Positions 24,022 to 36,771 are shown, numbered from the stretch's first letter. The stretch is 64,000 nt of DNA from Mustelus asterias (GCF_964213995.1 NC_135830.1:12214001-12278000), one strand, 5' to 3'. Numbers and translations are program-made. Notes: a model not told the origin generated them from the letters alone.

Positions 24022-24797
24022 ATGAGGTTAACAATGTTACTCGGACTATTGGAGGGTTCCTTCTGCAGTGAGCTGCTTGACATTTCCCCAAATTCCTGCT
24101 GTGTGTGTTTGCTGAACCTCACCTTTCAATGGTATGTTACAGGGGAAGGAATCATCATAAAATCCCAACAGTGAGAAGGAGGCAATTTCACCATTGAGTT
24201 TGCACCCAGGCCCACTCTGCCATGTCCCCGTAACCCTTACTAATCACCTAATCGAGACATCTACCGATATTTAGGAACACCTAGCGTGCATATCTTTGGA
24301 CTGTGGAAGGAAATTGGAGCATTCAGAGGAAACCCACGCAGGCACGGGGAGAACGTCTAAACTCCACACAGATAGTACTCAGGCCTGGAATAAAAACCAC
24401 TGTGCCACCGATCCGCCCATCACGATAATGGATGTCTCTTTGACTTTAACAGGTGTCCAGTCGGAAGTAGTTCTGACGCAGCCAGAGGCAGAGAAGTGGT
24501 TCCCAGTGTAGTCCCTGTCCCTGACCTGCAATACCAGCGGCTTCGACTTCAGTGGCTATTGGCTGTACTAGTACTGTCATGGTACCTGAAAGAGGCCAGA
24601 CTGGCTAGTTTCCTACTATGATGAAGACTTCCATTGATACTGTGGGGAGACTCGAGGACGATTCACTGTTTCCAAAGAGCTTGCACACAATATATTTGCT
24701 TTGGATGTCAGGTTTCTGACGATGGAGGAAACAGCTGCTTATTGGAGTACACAGTTAACACAGTGAGGCGGGTCAGCCCCAGATTTGTAAAAAGAAC
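24022..24797 (+). pseudogene. IgH-like V pseudogene (leader 24022-24067; V exon 24453-24758; RSS 24759-24797)
   Basis: Leader MRLTMLLGLLEGSFC; exon SVQSEVVLTQPEAE...LTCNTSGFDFSGYWLY*...GRFTVSKE...NIFALD with four in-frame stops and the second Cys lost; CACAGTG-23-AAAAAGAAC. Confidence 0.88.
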
Positions 24798-26465
24798 CCA
24801 AACTAGAGGAACTGCACACAGTTTGTCCACTTCATTAAACTCCAATAGATTCATTGCTGACAACAATTCATGGAACCATAGTGTTACTCTACCACACAGA
24901 ATAAGGCCATCCATCTAATGTACGGATAATATCACACCCGGACAGTCACTTCCTCATAAATCTCATGTGGTTTCAGTTTGCTAAGTGGAATGAAATTTTT
25001 GTAATATCACTCAAACTTTTCAAATCCTGACAGGGCTGGTCAGACTGGATTCAGGAATGTTGCTTCCTCTGGCTCCGGGGTTTGGGGAGGGGGGGGGGGG
25101 CGGTGGAGGGGGGGGGAGGGGGTGGAGCGTCTAGAACAGAGTGTCAGCGTTTCAAAATATGTGATAGGTCATTTATGAGAAATGCCTTCACTCAGAAGCT
25201 GTGGAACTCTCCACCTCCGGAAGTTGCGGAGGCCAAGTATCTGAATATATTTAAAAATGAAATAGATAGATTTCTAGACTCTAATGGTGTGAAGGATTGT
25301 AGGGAGAAAGGAGTATTGCAATTGAAGATCAGCCATGATCATAATGAATGATGGAGCAGGCTCTAAGGGCCGAATGATCTATTCCCGCTCATATTTTCTG
25401 TGATTCAATGCTAAAAAGTCGACCATGTGGTGCTTTAACAAGTATCATTGGAAAGTGTACAGCCGCAGCATGGAACATACTATCATGATCCAAGATATTA
25501 GGCTTAATCGCCTATAAAAGCTACCCGGATCTGCACCGGATGTTCTCTAACCTCCAAGACGACGGACCAGATGCCACTGTGCTACTGCGGCCCGTTGACT
25601 GAATGAATGAAGCTCCAACAACACTCAAGAAGCTCGACACTATTTAGGACAAAGCAATTCAGTTGATGGCAACCAATTCCACAAATACACACATTGGCAG
25701 ACGTGGCACAGTGGCAAACATTTAGACATGCAGGAACTCGCTAAGGCTCTTTAGGCAGCACTTTCCAAACTTACAAACACTGCCATCTAGGGGATAAGAG
25801 CAGCAGATACCTGGGACCACCACGACCTGGAGGTTCACCTCCAAATCACTCCCATCCAAACTGGGAAAGATTCTCCAGACTACACACGTAACTACAGAAT
25901 AATGGATTATTCTTTACACAGCTGGGATCTGGAATGCATTGCCTGCATGAAGATTCAACAACAAATTTCCTTGAGCATTGGATATATTGCTTGAATTGGA
26001 ATATGAAGCGATCTGTGGAATGTACAGGGGAGATTATCGGTGTTGTTATGTCAGTGAATTGAATGGGCAGTTTGGACAGCATGTGACGGTCATGCTAAGA
26101 GCCTACCTTATTAAATCATTCTGCTAAAGCAACATGGAATCAGTCCCCTAATGAAAATAATGTTCCAGACGGTACTGTTAACGGAAACATGAGGAATATG
26201 ATTCAATTCGCCCTGAGTAACAATGAATCTTTGCAGCTTTATTTAACAATGCAAATTCGTTGGCGCCCATTCTGTATTGATGTGGATATATTGTCACGTG
26301 TTGACAGTGTCTTCTATTCTAATTGGTGTCTTGTCAAAACCCTCCCCCTGCCCTTGTACAACCCGTTGTGACTAACGATCAGAATTTAAAGATCAGCCAG
26401 TGCTCTGTTCAGTGAATGACTGGAGGGAGTCCCGGGAGGAGGGTGTCTAAGTTAACACAAGCTCC

Positions 26466-26517
26466 ATGAGCATGGCGCTAGCAATATCTCTCGGTCTGTT
26501 TATTGGCTTCTTATCCT
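26466..26517 (+). CDS. Leader exon of the IgH-like V (MSMALAISLGLFIGFLS)
   Basis: ATG at 26466/26472, hydrophobic core, phase-1 GTGAGT donor at 26518; resembles shark IgH leaders ending VQS. Confidence 0.88.
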
Positions 26518-26636
26518 GTGAGTAGTTGGATATTCTCAGAAAGTTCCCATAGTCTCTGTTTAACATTAATCATTCCCTGTGGCGTGACACAAACTGGATT
26601 CACCTCACCATAATTATTGTTTCTTTCGGTTAGCAG

Positions 26637-26941
26637 GCGTCCAGTCGGATGTGGTGTTGACCCAGCCAAAGGCAGAGACGGGGATAATAGGGCAAACCCT
26701 GACCCTAACCTGTAAAACCAGTGGATTTGATCTTGGGAGATACACCATGCTTTGGTACCGACACAGTCCCGGGAAGGGACCGGGCTGGCTCCTTTGGTAC
26801 TACAATGAAAATAGCAAGAATTACAATCCGGAGTTTGGTGAACGAATCACTGCGTCCAAGTACCTTTCCAACAGTGTATTCGCGCTCTCTATTAGGACTT
26901 TAACAATGGGAGACAGCTCTACGTATCACTGTGCACAACGG
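26637..26941 (+). CDS. IgH-like V segment (IgW-V/TAILV-type) in the TCRdelta locus, open, with 23-RSS
   Basis: CVQSDVVLTQPKAETGIIGQTLTLTCKTSGFDLGRYTMLWYRHSPGKGPGWLLWYYNENSKNYNPEFGERITASKYLSNSVFALSIRTLTMGDSSTYHCAQR; CACAGTG(26942-48)-23-ACACAAACC(26972-80). Confidence 0.9.
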
Positions 26942-29900
26942 CACAGTGAAATAGATCACACCCAGCCCTGTACACAAACCCACAAGAGGAATTGCAGCCA
27001 TTTCCCTGCTTTTATTTTCATTCATGGGATGTCCACCCTTAATTTTCCTTGAATTAAATGGTTTGTTCGGCCATATCAAATGGTGTTTGAGAGTCAACCG
27101 CATTGTTGTGTGGATATGCCGTCACAGGTAGGCCAGGTCAAGTAAGGAAGGTAGATATCTTTCCTTGAATGGTATTCGTGAATCAGATCAGTCTTTACAA
27201 CAATCGACAATTGTTTCACGGTTGTCATTAGATTTTTGATTCCAGATTTTTACTTAATTCAAATTTCAGTATCAGTCTTTGTGGGATTCGAGCCCCCTTT
27301 GCACAGTAGTTATTCCATTGATCTATGTTCTTACGTGGAACACCACCCCCGACTGAACATCTGGAAAAGTGAAGAAGCACTGATTATGGAGGGGGTGGGG
27401 GGGGGGGGGGGGGCGGTTGAATCCAGTTCGAGTAATCTCACCAGGGAGGAGGAACATCGAGATGGAGACGTTGCACACTTCTGAAACTGTCGAGCTTCCT
27501 ACAGGATCTGAAAGCAGGAAACACAACCAAGAGATATCACTCAAAATATTCTCCTGGAGCCTGTGTTGATTTAGACACAAACCCGATTCCACCCCCACCC
27601 CCTCCCCACCCTTCCCCTCCTGGTCAATCACTGAACAAAGAACCGGGGAGTTTTCAGATACTTTTACTCAGTATGCTTTTGTGCCGTTAACAATACTGTC
27701 CCGAGCATAAACCCCAATCGGTGACTGATACCCAGGGTGTTTTTTGGGTATGTTTCAGTCAGATAGGATTGTAAAGTTATATCCATTACATTCCATTGAA
27801 ACCACTGATTCGATTCAGGACAATCCGAATGGTCTCACTGCCCCACTTATTACACACACATACATTTATGTTCCCGCTGAAACCGCCGATTCCATCCTCA
27901 ACGGAAGTTACCACTCAGAATGCATCTAGCACCCATCCAGGCTTGCCTTTCGGAGTACGCTGGATATCATTTATATAAAATATCCAAGGAGAGGCAGTTG
28001 CATTGGCGGGAAGAAAAATGTCAAAATGACGCAGGTTTAAGATGATTTGCTCCAGTTTAGAGTGGCCCCAGAGTAGCGTCGGTGTTACCTGGCAAGTTGC
28101 AATGTTTCAGGAGCTGCCCATTAATTAGGGCGGGGGGATTGGTTCCATGGTGATTTTCAAAGGAGAGACAGTTCAGTGTTGGCAATGTCTATATTGTAAA
28201 TGCTTTGTGCCAATTGTACGAAGGTGGGAACAAGTCGGGAAAGACTTTGACTGATAAAATCTCTCAACCAGGTCAAATAGAAGGTTCATAGGAATATCAC
28301 GACATCGGACTTCTTTTCCATGGTCGCTCCTATCCTGCTCAATCAGTATATGTTGAATTATTAGTGGTCATCGGATGTCGATGCTGGACTATGGGGAGGT
28401 GGTGGCCCACTGGTATTGTCATTGGATCAATAATTCAAAGACCCAGGTTACTGATTCGGGGAAGAAAGGTCAAATCTGACCAAGGCATTTGGTGAAATTT
28501 GAAAACAATAAAATAAAATCTAATGACGACCATTGTCGATGGCTCTAAAACCCCATCTTGTTCATTAATGCGGCTTTGGGGAAGGAAATGTGCCGTCCTT
28601 ACCTGGCCTGGCATAGACGTGACTCAAGATACAGAGTAATGTGGTTGAAACTGAAATGTTTCTGTTAATGGCAACACTCAGAATTTTTCAGGTATGAAAT
28701 CAGCATTTGAGAAGCATCGAGATGAACACTTCAAACCTTTTATATACAAGGCAATGGACTAAGTGCTGGAACACGGAGCTGTTTGATGGCCAAGACAAAC
28801 AAAAATGGATGAAGGGCTGTACAATTCCATGGCCTAATGACTAACTCACCAGCTCCCCTTTCAATTCGGCTATGGGACATTAAACGCCTAACAGAGAAGA
28901 CAAATGATTTTATATCATATCCAAAAGTGGATGTGTGACATTGTATAACTTCCTCAGTTTTGACATTGGAGCAGTGGAATTGGGCTGGAATCCCCAACGA
29001 TTTCGAGATGATAACCTTACACATTTAACCAGGAGAAATGAGGTGCGGAAGTTGATCATTACTGAGACAGAAGACAGCTGAAACCTGCAGTGCGCAGAAA
29101 AACCTGCATTGTAGCTACTTCTCAAACCTCCTTCGACAGTACATTAAATCCCACGAGCTCTACCTTCCAGAAGGCCAGGGCCAGCAGACACATTGGAATC
29201 ACCATCGCCTGGAGGTTGTTAATGTGCCAGAGAAAAAAACACAAGTATGTTACGAATTCCATATGTTAGGTTATGACTAGACCCCAACAGTGTTTCTATT
29301 TTGACATTAGTGTGAGGATAAGGTGTTTCGCTCCAGGTCTGATTCCATTGACACACAAGGAAGCGCTTATCAAAACTAACTTCATTTAACAATACAGTAC
29401 AGTTTGACTATAACGAACGAATTAGTTTAACTTTTCCCAATTGAAATGCTTAGCTTAACACGATGCAATTCACAGCCACTAATGCATCTCTATTAGTTCA
29501 AATTCAAGCAATATTCCTCTGATCGACTTGAACTCCTTTTCAAAATCAGTAGCAACCCCCTGCTTATGCGCTTGGACTTGTTAAAAGTGCTAAAACACCT
29601 CTGGAGAGAGAGGCAGACAGAGAGACAACTGACTTCTGCCAGCCCCACACAGCAGCCTTCAGAGAGAGAGACAGTGAGAGAGAAAATAGAGAGAGAGAGA
29701 GAGATGGACAGAGAGAGAAAGACCTCTTTCTTCTTTCAGGACCAAGCAGAAACTGACTGTTTTAAAATAAAATAAAGCATTGTGTTTTCCTTGCAAGCCC
29801 ATTCACATGACCCTGCCTCTGCCAATCAACCCAATCAAAGCCCTACTCTGAAACCACAGGGGAAAAACCAAAATAAACAAAAATGCATTAAATCAGATTA

Positions 29901-29954
29901 AAACAAACACATGCTTAGCTAAAATGAATCATTTGCCCGCATTAACAGTATTCT

Positions 29955-31017
29955 CTGGGTTGGCCATAGAAGAGAGAGGGTAGCGGTGGAAGGGTGTTTA
30001 TTTTCTGAATGGAGGTCTGTAGCTCGTGGTGTTCCGCAGTGATCAGTGCTGGGACCTCTGCTGTTTGTAATACATATCTAAATGTCTTGGAAGTAAACGT
30101 AGCTGCTCTGATTAGCAAATTTGCGGATGATACTAAGATTGGCAGAGTTGTGGATAGTGATGAAGATTGTCAGAGCATGTCACAGGATATAGATAAGCTG
30201 GAACAATGGGTGGAGAACTGGCAGATGGCATTTAACCTGAACAAATGCGAGGTGATGCATTTTGGTTGATCCTTGAGTTGGGAGCCATAAAATAAATGGC
30301 AGAACCATCAGGAGCATAGACACACAGAGATTTGAGAGTAAGGTCCACAGATCCTTAGAAGTGGGAGCACAGGTGGAAAAGGTGGTAAAGAAAGCATATG
30401 GCATGCTTGCCTTTATCGGATGGGGCATCGAGTATAAAAGTTGGCAAATTATGTTACAGTTGTATAAAACTTTGGTTAGGCTACATTTTGAATACTGTGT
30501 CCAATTCTGGTCACCACACTACCAGAAGGATGTGGAGGCTTTGGAGGGAGTGCAGAAAATGTTTACCAGGATGTTGCCTGGTATGGAGGGTATTAGCTAT
30601 GAGGAGAGATTTAATAAACTGCGATTGTTCTCCCTGGAAAGACGCAGGCTGAGGGGCGATCTGATAGAAGTTTATAAAATTATGAAAGCTATAGATAGAG
30701 TGAACAGTTGGAACATTTTTCCCAGGGTAGACATGACAATTACAAGGGGGCAGCAACTTCAAGATACGGGGCGAAAGGTTCAGTGGAGATGCGTGGAGGA
30801 AGTTTCTTACACAGAGGGCGGTGGGGGTCTGGAATGCATTGCCAAGTGAGGTGGTTGAGGCAGCCACTCTAATAACATTTAAGACATATCTTGATAGGCA
30901 CATGAAGAAACGGGGAATAGAACGATTTCAGCAGTTGGTCTAGATAGGACAACATGATCGGCACAGGCTCCGGAGGGCCGGTTGTTGTGCTGTACTGTCG
31001 TTTGTTCTTTGTTCTTT
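29955..31017 (+). mobile_element. CR1 3' fragment
   Basis: ORFs 30009..30269 ([11 protein letters not shown]) and 30361..30849 (LHFEYCVQFWSP); TTTGTTC tail. Confidence 0.9.
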
Positions 31018-33153
31018 GCGCAGACAAATCGGCCCCCGTAAAACAGAGTTGAATTTTAAACATGCCTCTTACAAGAAACATGATAGAGATTAATTTCTTA
31101 AAGGCACAGTATCATTACTTGTTCCCCTCCAAATCACTCACCATTCCAACTTCTAAATATATCACTGTTTCTTAACTGTCGCGCGACGAAAATCCTGGAA
31201 TTCTCTGCCTAACAGCACTGTGGGTGTAAACATCAGAAAATTAAATCTAATGGTGACCCAATTTGATTGCTACCAAAACCCACCTCTTTCACTCATGTAC
31301 CTGTGTGGAAGGAGACCTGCTCTCTCTGCTTGGTTTATCCTTCTCGTGACTCAATATCCACAGCAAGTGATTGACTCTGGAATAGCCTCGCAAGACATTT
31401 ATTTGAAGTGATGGGCAACAGGTAAGAAATCCAGAGTTTTTCAGGAGAAACTATCTCGCACAAAGCGTGTTGAAAACGTGGAATTTCCTCTCACAAAACG
31501 TAATTTTGGCCAATTCCATGAATATATTCATGGGGAAGTAAGATGCACAGAAGGGCAAGTGAAGATTAGAATGATATAGGTGTGAGAGAAAGGCAGGCGA
31601 GAAGTGGCTCTTGTGGGGCTTCGACAGCAGCATAATATTTAGTACCTACACTTACCCTTTCAGCGCGTCGAGGCTGCTGCGCCATTTAACATGAGTGTGG
31701 TTGATCCGTGACTTCAAATCTACCGTCCTGTACGTTTCTATATCTTTTAATCCACCTAAAACACCTTGATTTGCGTTTCAGATGCATTCAACAACTGAAC
31801 AGGCATAGTTCCCTGGCGGTGGACAGTAGAAAGCACTGTACATCCCCTTCTAGCTTCTATGTGCCTCCCTCCCAGCTTGTATTCCCACCTGTCCTTGTAA
31901 AATGTACAAACCAAGATATATTATCATCTCGCTTTTCGTGTAACTCATTGATGGAGAATGCAAATAGCCTTAGACATGAGCCTTACAGCGCACTGACTGG
32001 CAGCAATGGCCAACGTTAGCATCTCCCATTGAAGGGGAGGAAGACACGTAGCGGTAAAGCTACTGGTTTAATAATCCTGGGATCATTCTCTGGGGAGCTG
32101 GGTTCGAACCTCAACACGGAAGCAGGTGGTTAAATTTCAGTTCAATAAAAAGCTGGAATTACAAGTTTAATGATGACCAGGAAAGCATTGTTGATTTTCT
32201 TTTTAAAAAAACAATCTGCATTTTGGAGAAGAATATCTGACATCCTTCCATCGCCTGGGCAACATGGGCCTCCAAAAAATGCCCCCGACAGGGTCTTGAA
32301 AGGCATCCTGTTAGAAGGTAGGCGCGCGGGGGGGGGGGGGGGGGGGGCGGGGGTGGCGAGTAACAGGTGATGGGCAATAAATGTTAGCCCAGACAGCGAC
32401 GTCCACATCCCATTAATGAGTGAAAAATGTCCATGCTCTGCTTTCTACCCATTACCCTCGCCGTGCTAATATTGCCCTCCAACTGTACAATCACTCGTCT
32501 TGCCTATTGACGTCATGTTTGCTTGTTTATTGAATGTATATTTGGAAATTCAAATCTACTGCCTCCCCTTGATCTATTTTGCGACTTGCAAACTCAAAGG
32601 TATTAATGCGTTTCTCAAAGTGAATTGCTTTTCGTAAAACCTGATGGACCATGCTATGATTTTCGAGGTGCTTTATTAAGATTGCCTCAATAACAGATTG
32701 CAGCTCTTTCCCGCCGGTTGACGTGAAGCTGAAGGGGGAAAAAGCTGTATAGTAGTTCCCTGTTTCATCCCCTTTCCCCTTCTTGCTTTTAGAGAAGTTT
32801 CAATAACTGCATGGGTAAGAGAGAGACACATATAACGTTGTGTTGGACGGTTGGGTGAAGGAGGTTCAGAACGTTCCGTTGGCCTTTAACAACGACATGG
32901 ATCAGTTAGTTCGAATGTCATGTACAATTTATGCAATTGTCTGGAAAGTACAATGCATTTAAGTGAACTTGTAACTTGTTGATTTTCGTAGTCTTGATTC
33001 TGGGTTCCATTGAAATCGGTAACACAAACATGACTTTGCATTTCAGACAGGTTCCCTAACATTCGAACACATACACAGCAATGGATTCATTTGCACACTG
33101 AAGTAATACTTTAAATATTCTCTGGTGGTAGCCTGATGGCAAAGATTCATAGA

Positions 33154-33316
33154 AAGAAATTTAACAACACCAGGTTAAAGTCCAACAGGTTTATTTGGTA
33201 GCAAATGCCACTAGCTTTCGGAGCGCTGCCCCTTCGTCAGGTGGAGTGGAGAAATGCTCACAAACAGGGCATACAGAGACACAAACTCAATTTACAGAGT
33301 AATGATTGGAATGCAG
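33154..33316 (-). mobile_element. Short Penelope-like terminal fragment with 12-bp TSD
   Basis: AAGATTCATAGA at 33142-53 and 33317-28; minus strand carries a hammerhead core followed by AATAAA. Confidence 0.7.
33208..33244 (-). ncRNA. Minimal type-I hammerhead ribozyme motif
   Basis: Minus strand CCAC-CTGACGA-A-GGGGC-AGC-GCTCC-GAAA-GCTA-GTGG: stem I CCAC/GTGG, 5-bp stem II, palindromic AGCT stem III. Confidence 0.7.
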
Positions 33317-35043
33317 AAGATTCATAGAGTCAGACTCTGTCATTGTGAATTCTATTGGTAGGTTATGTAGCTCCTCATCCGCGTGTTAAGTGTAATTCTA
33401 CTGTGACGCTTTTATATCGGAAGTACCATTTAATTATGACGAAGGGAATTTCAATGGAAAGTAGGACAGGAATTAGCACATCTTGCATTTAGAATTTCTG
33501 CATCCCCAGTATCTCGAAGGGGATGGCAAAAATAAATTTTGCATCGGTTTATCACATTACGTGTAAAACGAGAACTTTAACAATCCTCTACTTTGTCCGC
33601 TATTCAGCTTCACTTGGGTGTGCAGATATCGCCATGCCTTTGTTACCCCTGTATTCGCCTATTCAAGTTTTATATCCCACATTCCTCACTGCATTAACTT
33701 CAGTTGGTCCAAACTATTATATCCAGAACTTCACTCCCTCCAAGTCTGGCTGATACAGGAGCTGCCGTAGTGTCACTGTCAGGTTGCTCTATTAGCGATT
33801 AGCCAGAGGCACGGGCTTTCTGCACGTGGGTTCAAATCTCACCATGGCTAGTTATTTGAATTGCAGCTCAAGTCTTAAACGTGGAAGGGAAGGTTTTATT
33901 TTCAGTAATGTTCACTGTGAATCTGGTTCAATTATTCTTTTTAACGTTATCTACCAACCTTACGTAGTCTGACTGTAAATCGACAGTGATGGACAGGCAT
34001 CTGGAATGACTTAACAATCCGATTCGATTTTATTTAATTTGCTTTAAAATTGTCACATATATTCGTACACAGTGAAAAGTATTGTTTCTTGCATCATATG
34101 CAGACAAAGCATACCGTTCATAGAGAAGGAACGGAGACAGTGCAGAATGCATTTTTACAGTCATAGACTAAGTTCAACTTAGTGCAAGGTAAGTCCATTC
34201 AAGAGTCTGATTGGAGCAGGAAAGAAGGTGTTCTTGAGTCGGTTGTTATGTGTCCTCAAACTTTTGTATTCCTTTCCCGACGGAAGAAATTGGAAGAGAG
34301 TACATCCGGGGTGTGTGGGTTCCTTGATTATGCTGGCTGCTTTTTCGAGGCAGCAGGAAGTGTAGACTGTTTCAATGGATGGGAGGCTGGTTTGCTTGAC
34401 CGACTGGGCTTCGTTCATGGCCCTTTGTAGTTCGAATCCATTCAGTTCAGGGCAATTGGGAATGTCAGCGACAAAGTCATTCCATTACATACTTAGTAAA
34501 AACCAAAACCATATTGGCTTCTGGGTAAACATCGGGATTCCCGTCATTCTCATCAAATCCCTCGATACTTGCTCTTCTCACCATCTTTGTAACCTTCTCC
34601 AACCTGTATGCCTTTCAGTCTGTTGTTGCTCCAGTTTTAGCCTTTTGAAAGTGTGCGTAATTCCTCTGGGCCCCTCAATCCGCGAGCGTGCCTTCAAGAG
34701 CCTTGTACCTGAGCTGGAGAATTCTCGACGTTAACCACTCACCGCCGCCCCCGTCCACCTGCTCTGTTTACCTACCTCCATTCCTTTAACAATGTTCCTG
34801 AAATCTTACCTCACCCTCAAAACATCCTGCTGGTCATCTAACCCCATAGCTTCTCTGTGCAAAATATTTTTTTAGCCAGCGCTCGTATGAAATCCTATGG
34901 ACCGTTTTACTCGGGTTTTATAGGAGTGGAATTGATGTCTGCATTTATCAGCGAGATTCTGCTCTCGGAGGTGACGTTATACATCTGAAAGCAGCAGCAG
35001 CAACAGCTGCTGACGAGTTTTTGTGCTGGCATGTATCACTGTG

Positions 35044-35061
35044 GGGGATATACGGTGGAGC
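35044..35061 (+). other. TRDD: TCR Ddelta segment (12/23 RSS), GGGGATATACGGTGGAGC
   Basis: AGTTTTTGT(35016-24)-12-CACTGTG(35037-43); CACAGTA(35062-68)-23-ACAATAACC(35092-100); open in all three frames. Confidence 0.93.
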
Positions 35062-35310
35062 CACAGTAGCTGAATCTCCCTTAACGCCCGTACAATAACC
35101 TCCCAGCCTCACAGGAGTGCACCAACCTCTCTCAATAGCACCCCTCTCAGCCCACTCCCAGCCGCTGACCCCCATCCCCACCGTGATGTTGACCGAGTTT
35201 ATCATATTACTGGTCTGACCCAACCCTAATCAAATCAGTCGGACACACGACAGAGAGAAAGGGTGGTGAACGGGACCGCAATAGATCTTCTTATTGGATC
35301 AAACCCTGTG

Positions 35311-35370
35311 CAACATATGAAAAGGCTAAGCTCATCTTTGGCAACGGGACCAGGCTGATTGTGGAACCCA
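35311..35370 (+). CDS. TRDJ: Jdelta-1 (TYEKAKLIFGNGTRLIVEP)
   Basis: AGATCTTCT-12-CCCTGTG, FGxG motif, GTAAGT donor. Confidence 0.9.
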
Positions 35371-36707
35371 GTAAGTAACTAATCCTGGATAATGATCTCT
35401 CAACATGTTATTTTATCCCCTGTGACTTAATTGAGACATACAATTATTTTAATGATCACTGTTGTTTTATGGATGAGCAGGGATCTTTGGGAATTGGAAG
35501 CGTAGCTTGACTGGGCACTTAGATTTTCCGAAGTATTTCCTTTAAACATTTAACTGGCCTCTATCATGACAACACAAGTGCGCTGCCAACAGGGAGATAT
35601 GTCAATGATCTGGCTGTATGTAGTGCAATTAAGTGACACCTCGATAAATAGCTGGAAGAGACTCACCCAGATAGAGTCATAGGGTCATAGAAGGAGACAG
35701 CACTGGAAAAAGCCCTTCAGCGTAATGAGTGGCATAGATAGAGAAGACAGGAATATACTTTTCCCGTTACTTGAGAGAGCAGAGAGCAGCCAGGGACATA
35801 GATTTAAGGTAGGGGCAGGAGATTTAGCGGGGATGTGAAGAAAACGTTTTGACCCAAAGGGTGATGGGCGTCTGGGACTCACTGCCTGAAATGGTGATGG
35901 AGGCCGAGACCCTCTCAACATTTAAGAAGTATTTAGATATACATTTGTGATGTCATATCATACACGGCAATGGGCCAAGTGCTGGAAAATGGGATTAGAA
36001 TAGTTATTTGGTTTGTCTTTGACCGGCGGAGACATGATAGGCCCAAGGGCGTTTTCTGTGCAGTGGACTTCTCTGACTTTATGAATCTTTGCCTCAGACT
36101 ATGAATAAAGAATATTTCAAATATCACTTCAGTGTGCAAATGAATCCATTATTGTGTATGAATTCTAGTGGTCGGGAACCTGTCTGAAATGCAAAGTCAT
36201 GTTTGTGTTACCTATTTCAATGGAACCCAGAATTAGGACTGCAATCATCTATGCAGCCTTCTGGCATCAAAATCACAGTTCTGAGTTACACTTATAAAGG
36301 TGGGGTGAGTTGGGATTGGGGGGAGGGGGTGGGTTGGGGCTCAATGGTGTAGATTTCCTTTAGTTCCAATTCTGAACGAAATCCCAAAAGCAGCATTTTT
36401 GTATGGATTTGAAAATTCCGTTCGAAAGTGAGCCAGGGAATTCTCTGCACGTGTTACCTCGCTTGGATGTGTACATTGAGAACTCCCAGCCAGTCACGCT
36501 CTGACTTATTTTCCTGGGAAATTAAGAGATGGATGACTTGGAAGATTGTAAAGGTTTCTGACTAACTTTTGATCCAAACAAACTGCAGGAAATAGTATTC
36601 TGTAGCGAGACCTGCTTAACTGCCCTGAGCAATGACTAAAGCCCTTTTTGAATTTTGGCATGCATGCTCCATGTCTTTAGGTTCTGACATGGAGAGTAAT
36701 CGCAGTG

Positions 36708-36771
36708 TACGCTCGTGCTTCTTACAGACCATTAATATGCGGTGGTGGAACCAAATTGAGCGTGGAGCCAA
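36708..36771 (+). CDS. TRDJ: Jdelta-2, atypical (YARASYRPLICGGGTKLSVEP; CGGG in place of FGxG)
   Basis: GGTTCTGAC-12-CGCAGTG, open frame, GTGAGT donor at 36772. Confidence 0.75.

Noticed and set aside
24877-24904. CATAGTG-12-ACAGAATAA as a D remnant after the IgH-like pseudogene
   Set aside because: Heptamer lacks CAC and there is no 5' RSS; compatible with chance.
27648-27713. Possible D segment belonging to the IgH-like V
   Set aside because: Nonamer-like words are present, but no CAC heptamer at 12 or 23 spacing.
29248-29947. Third solo LTR
   Set aside because: TG...CA-like ends, but I could not define a consistent TSD.
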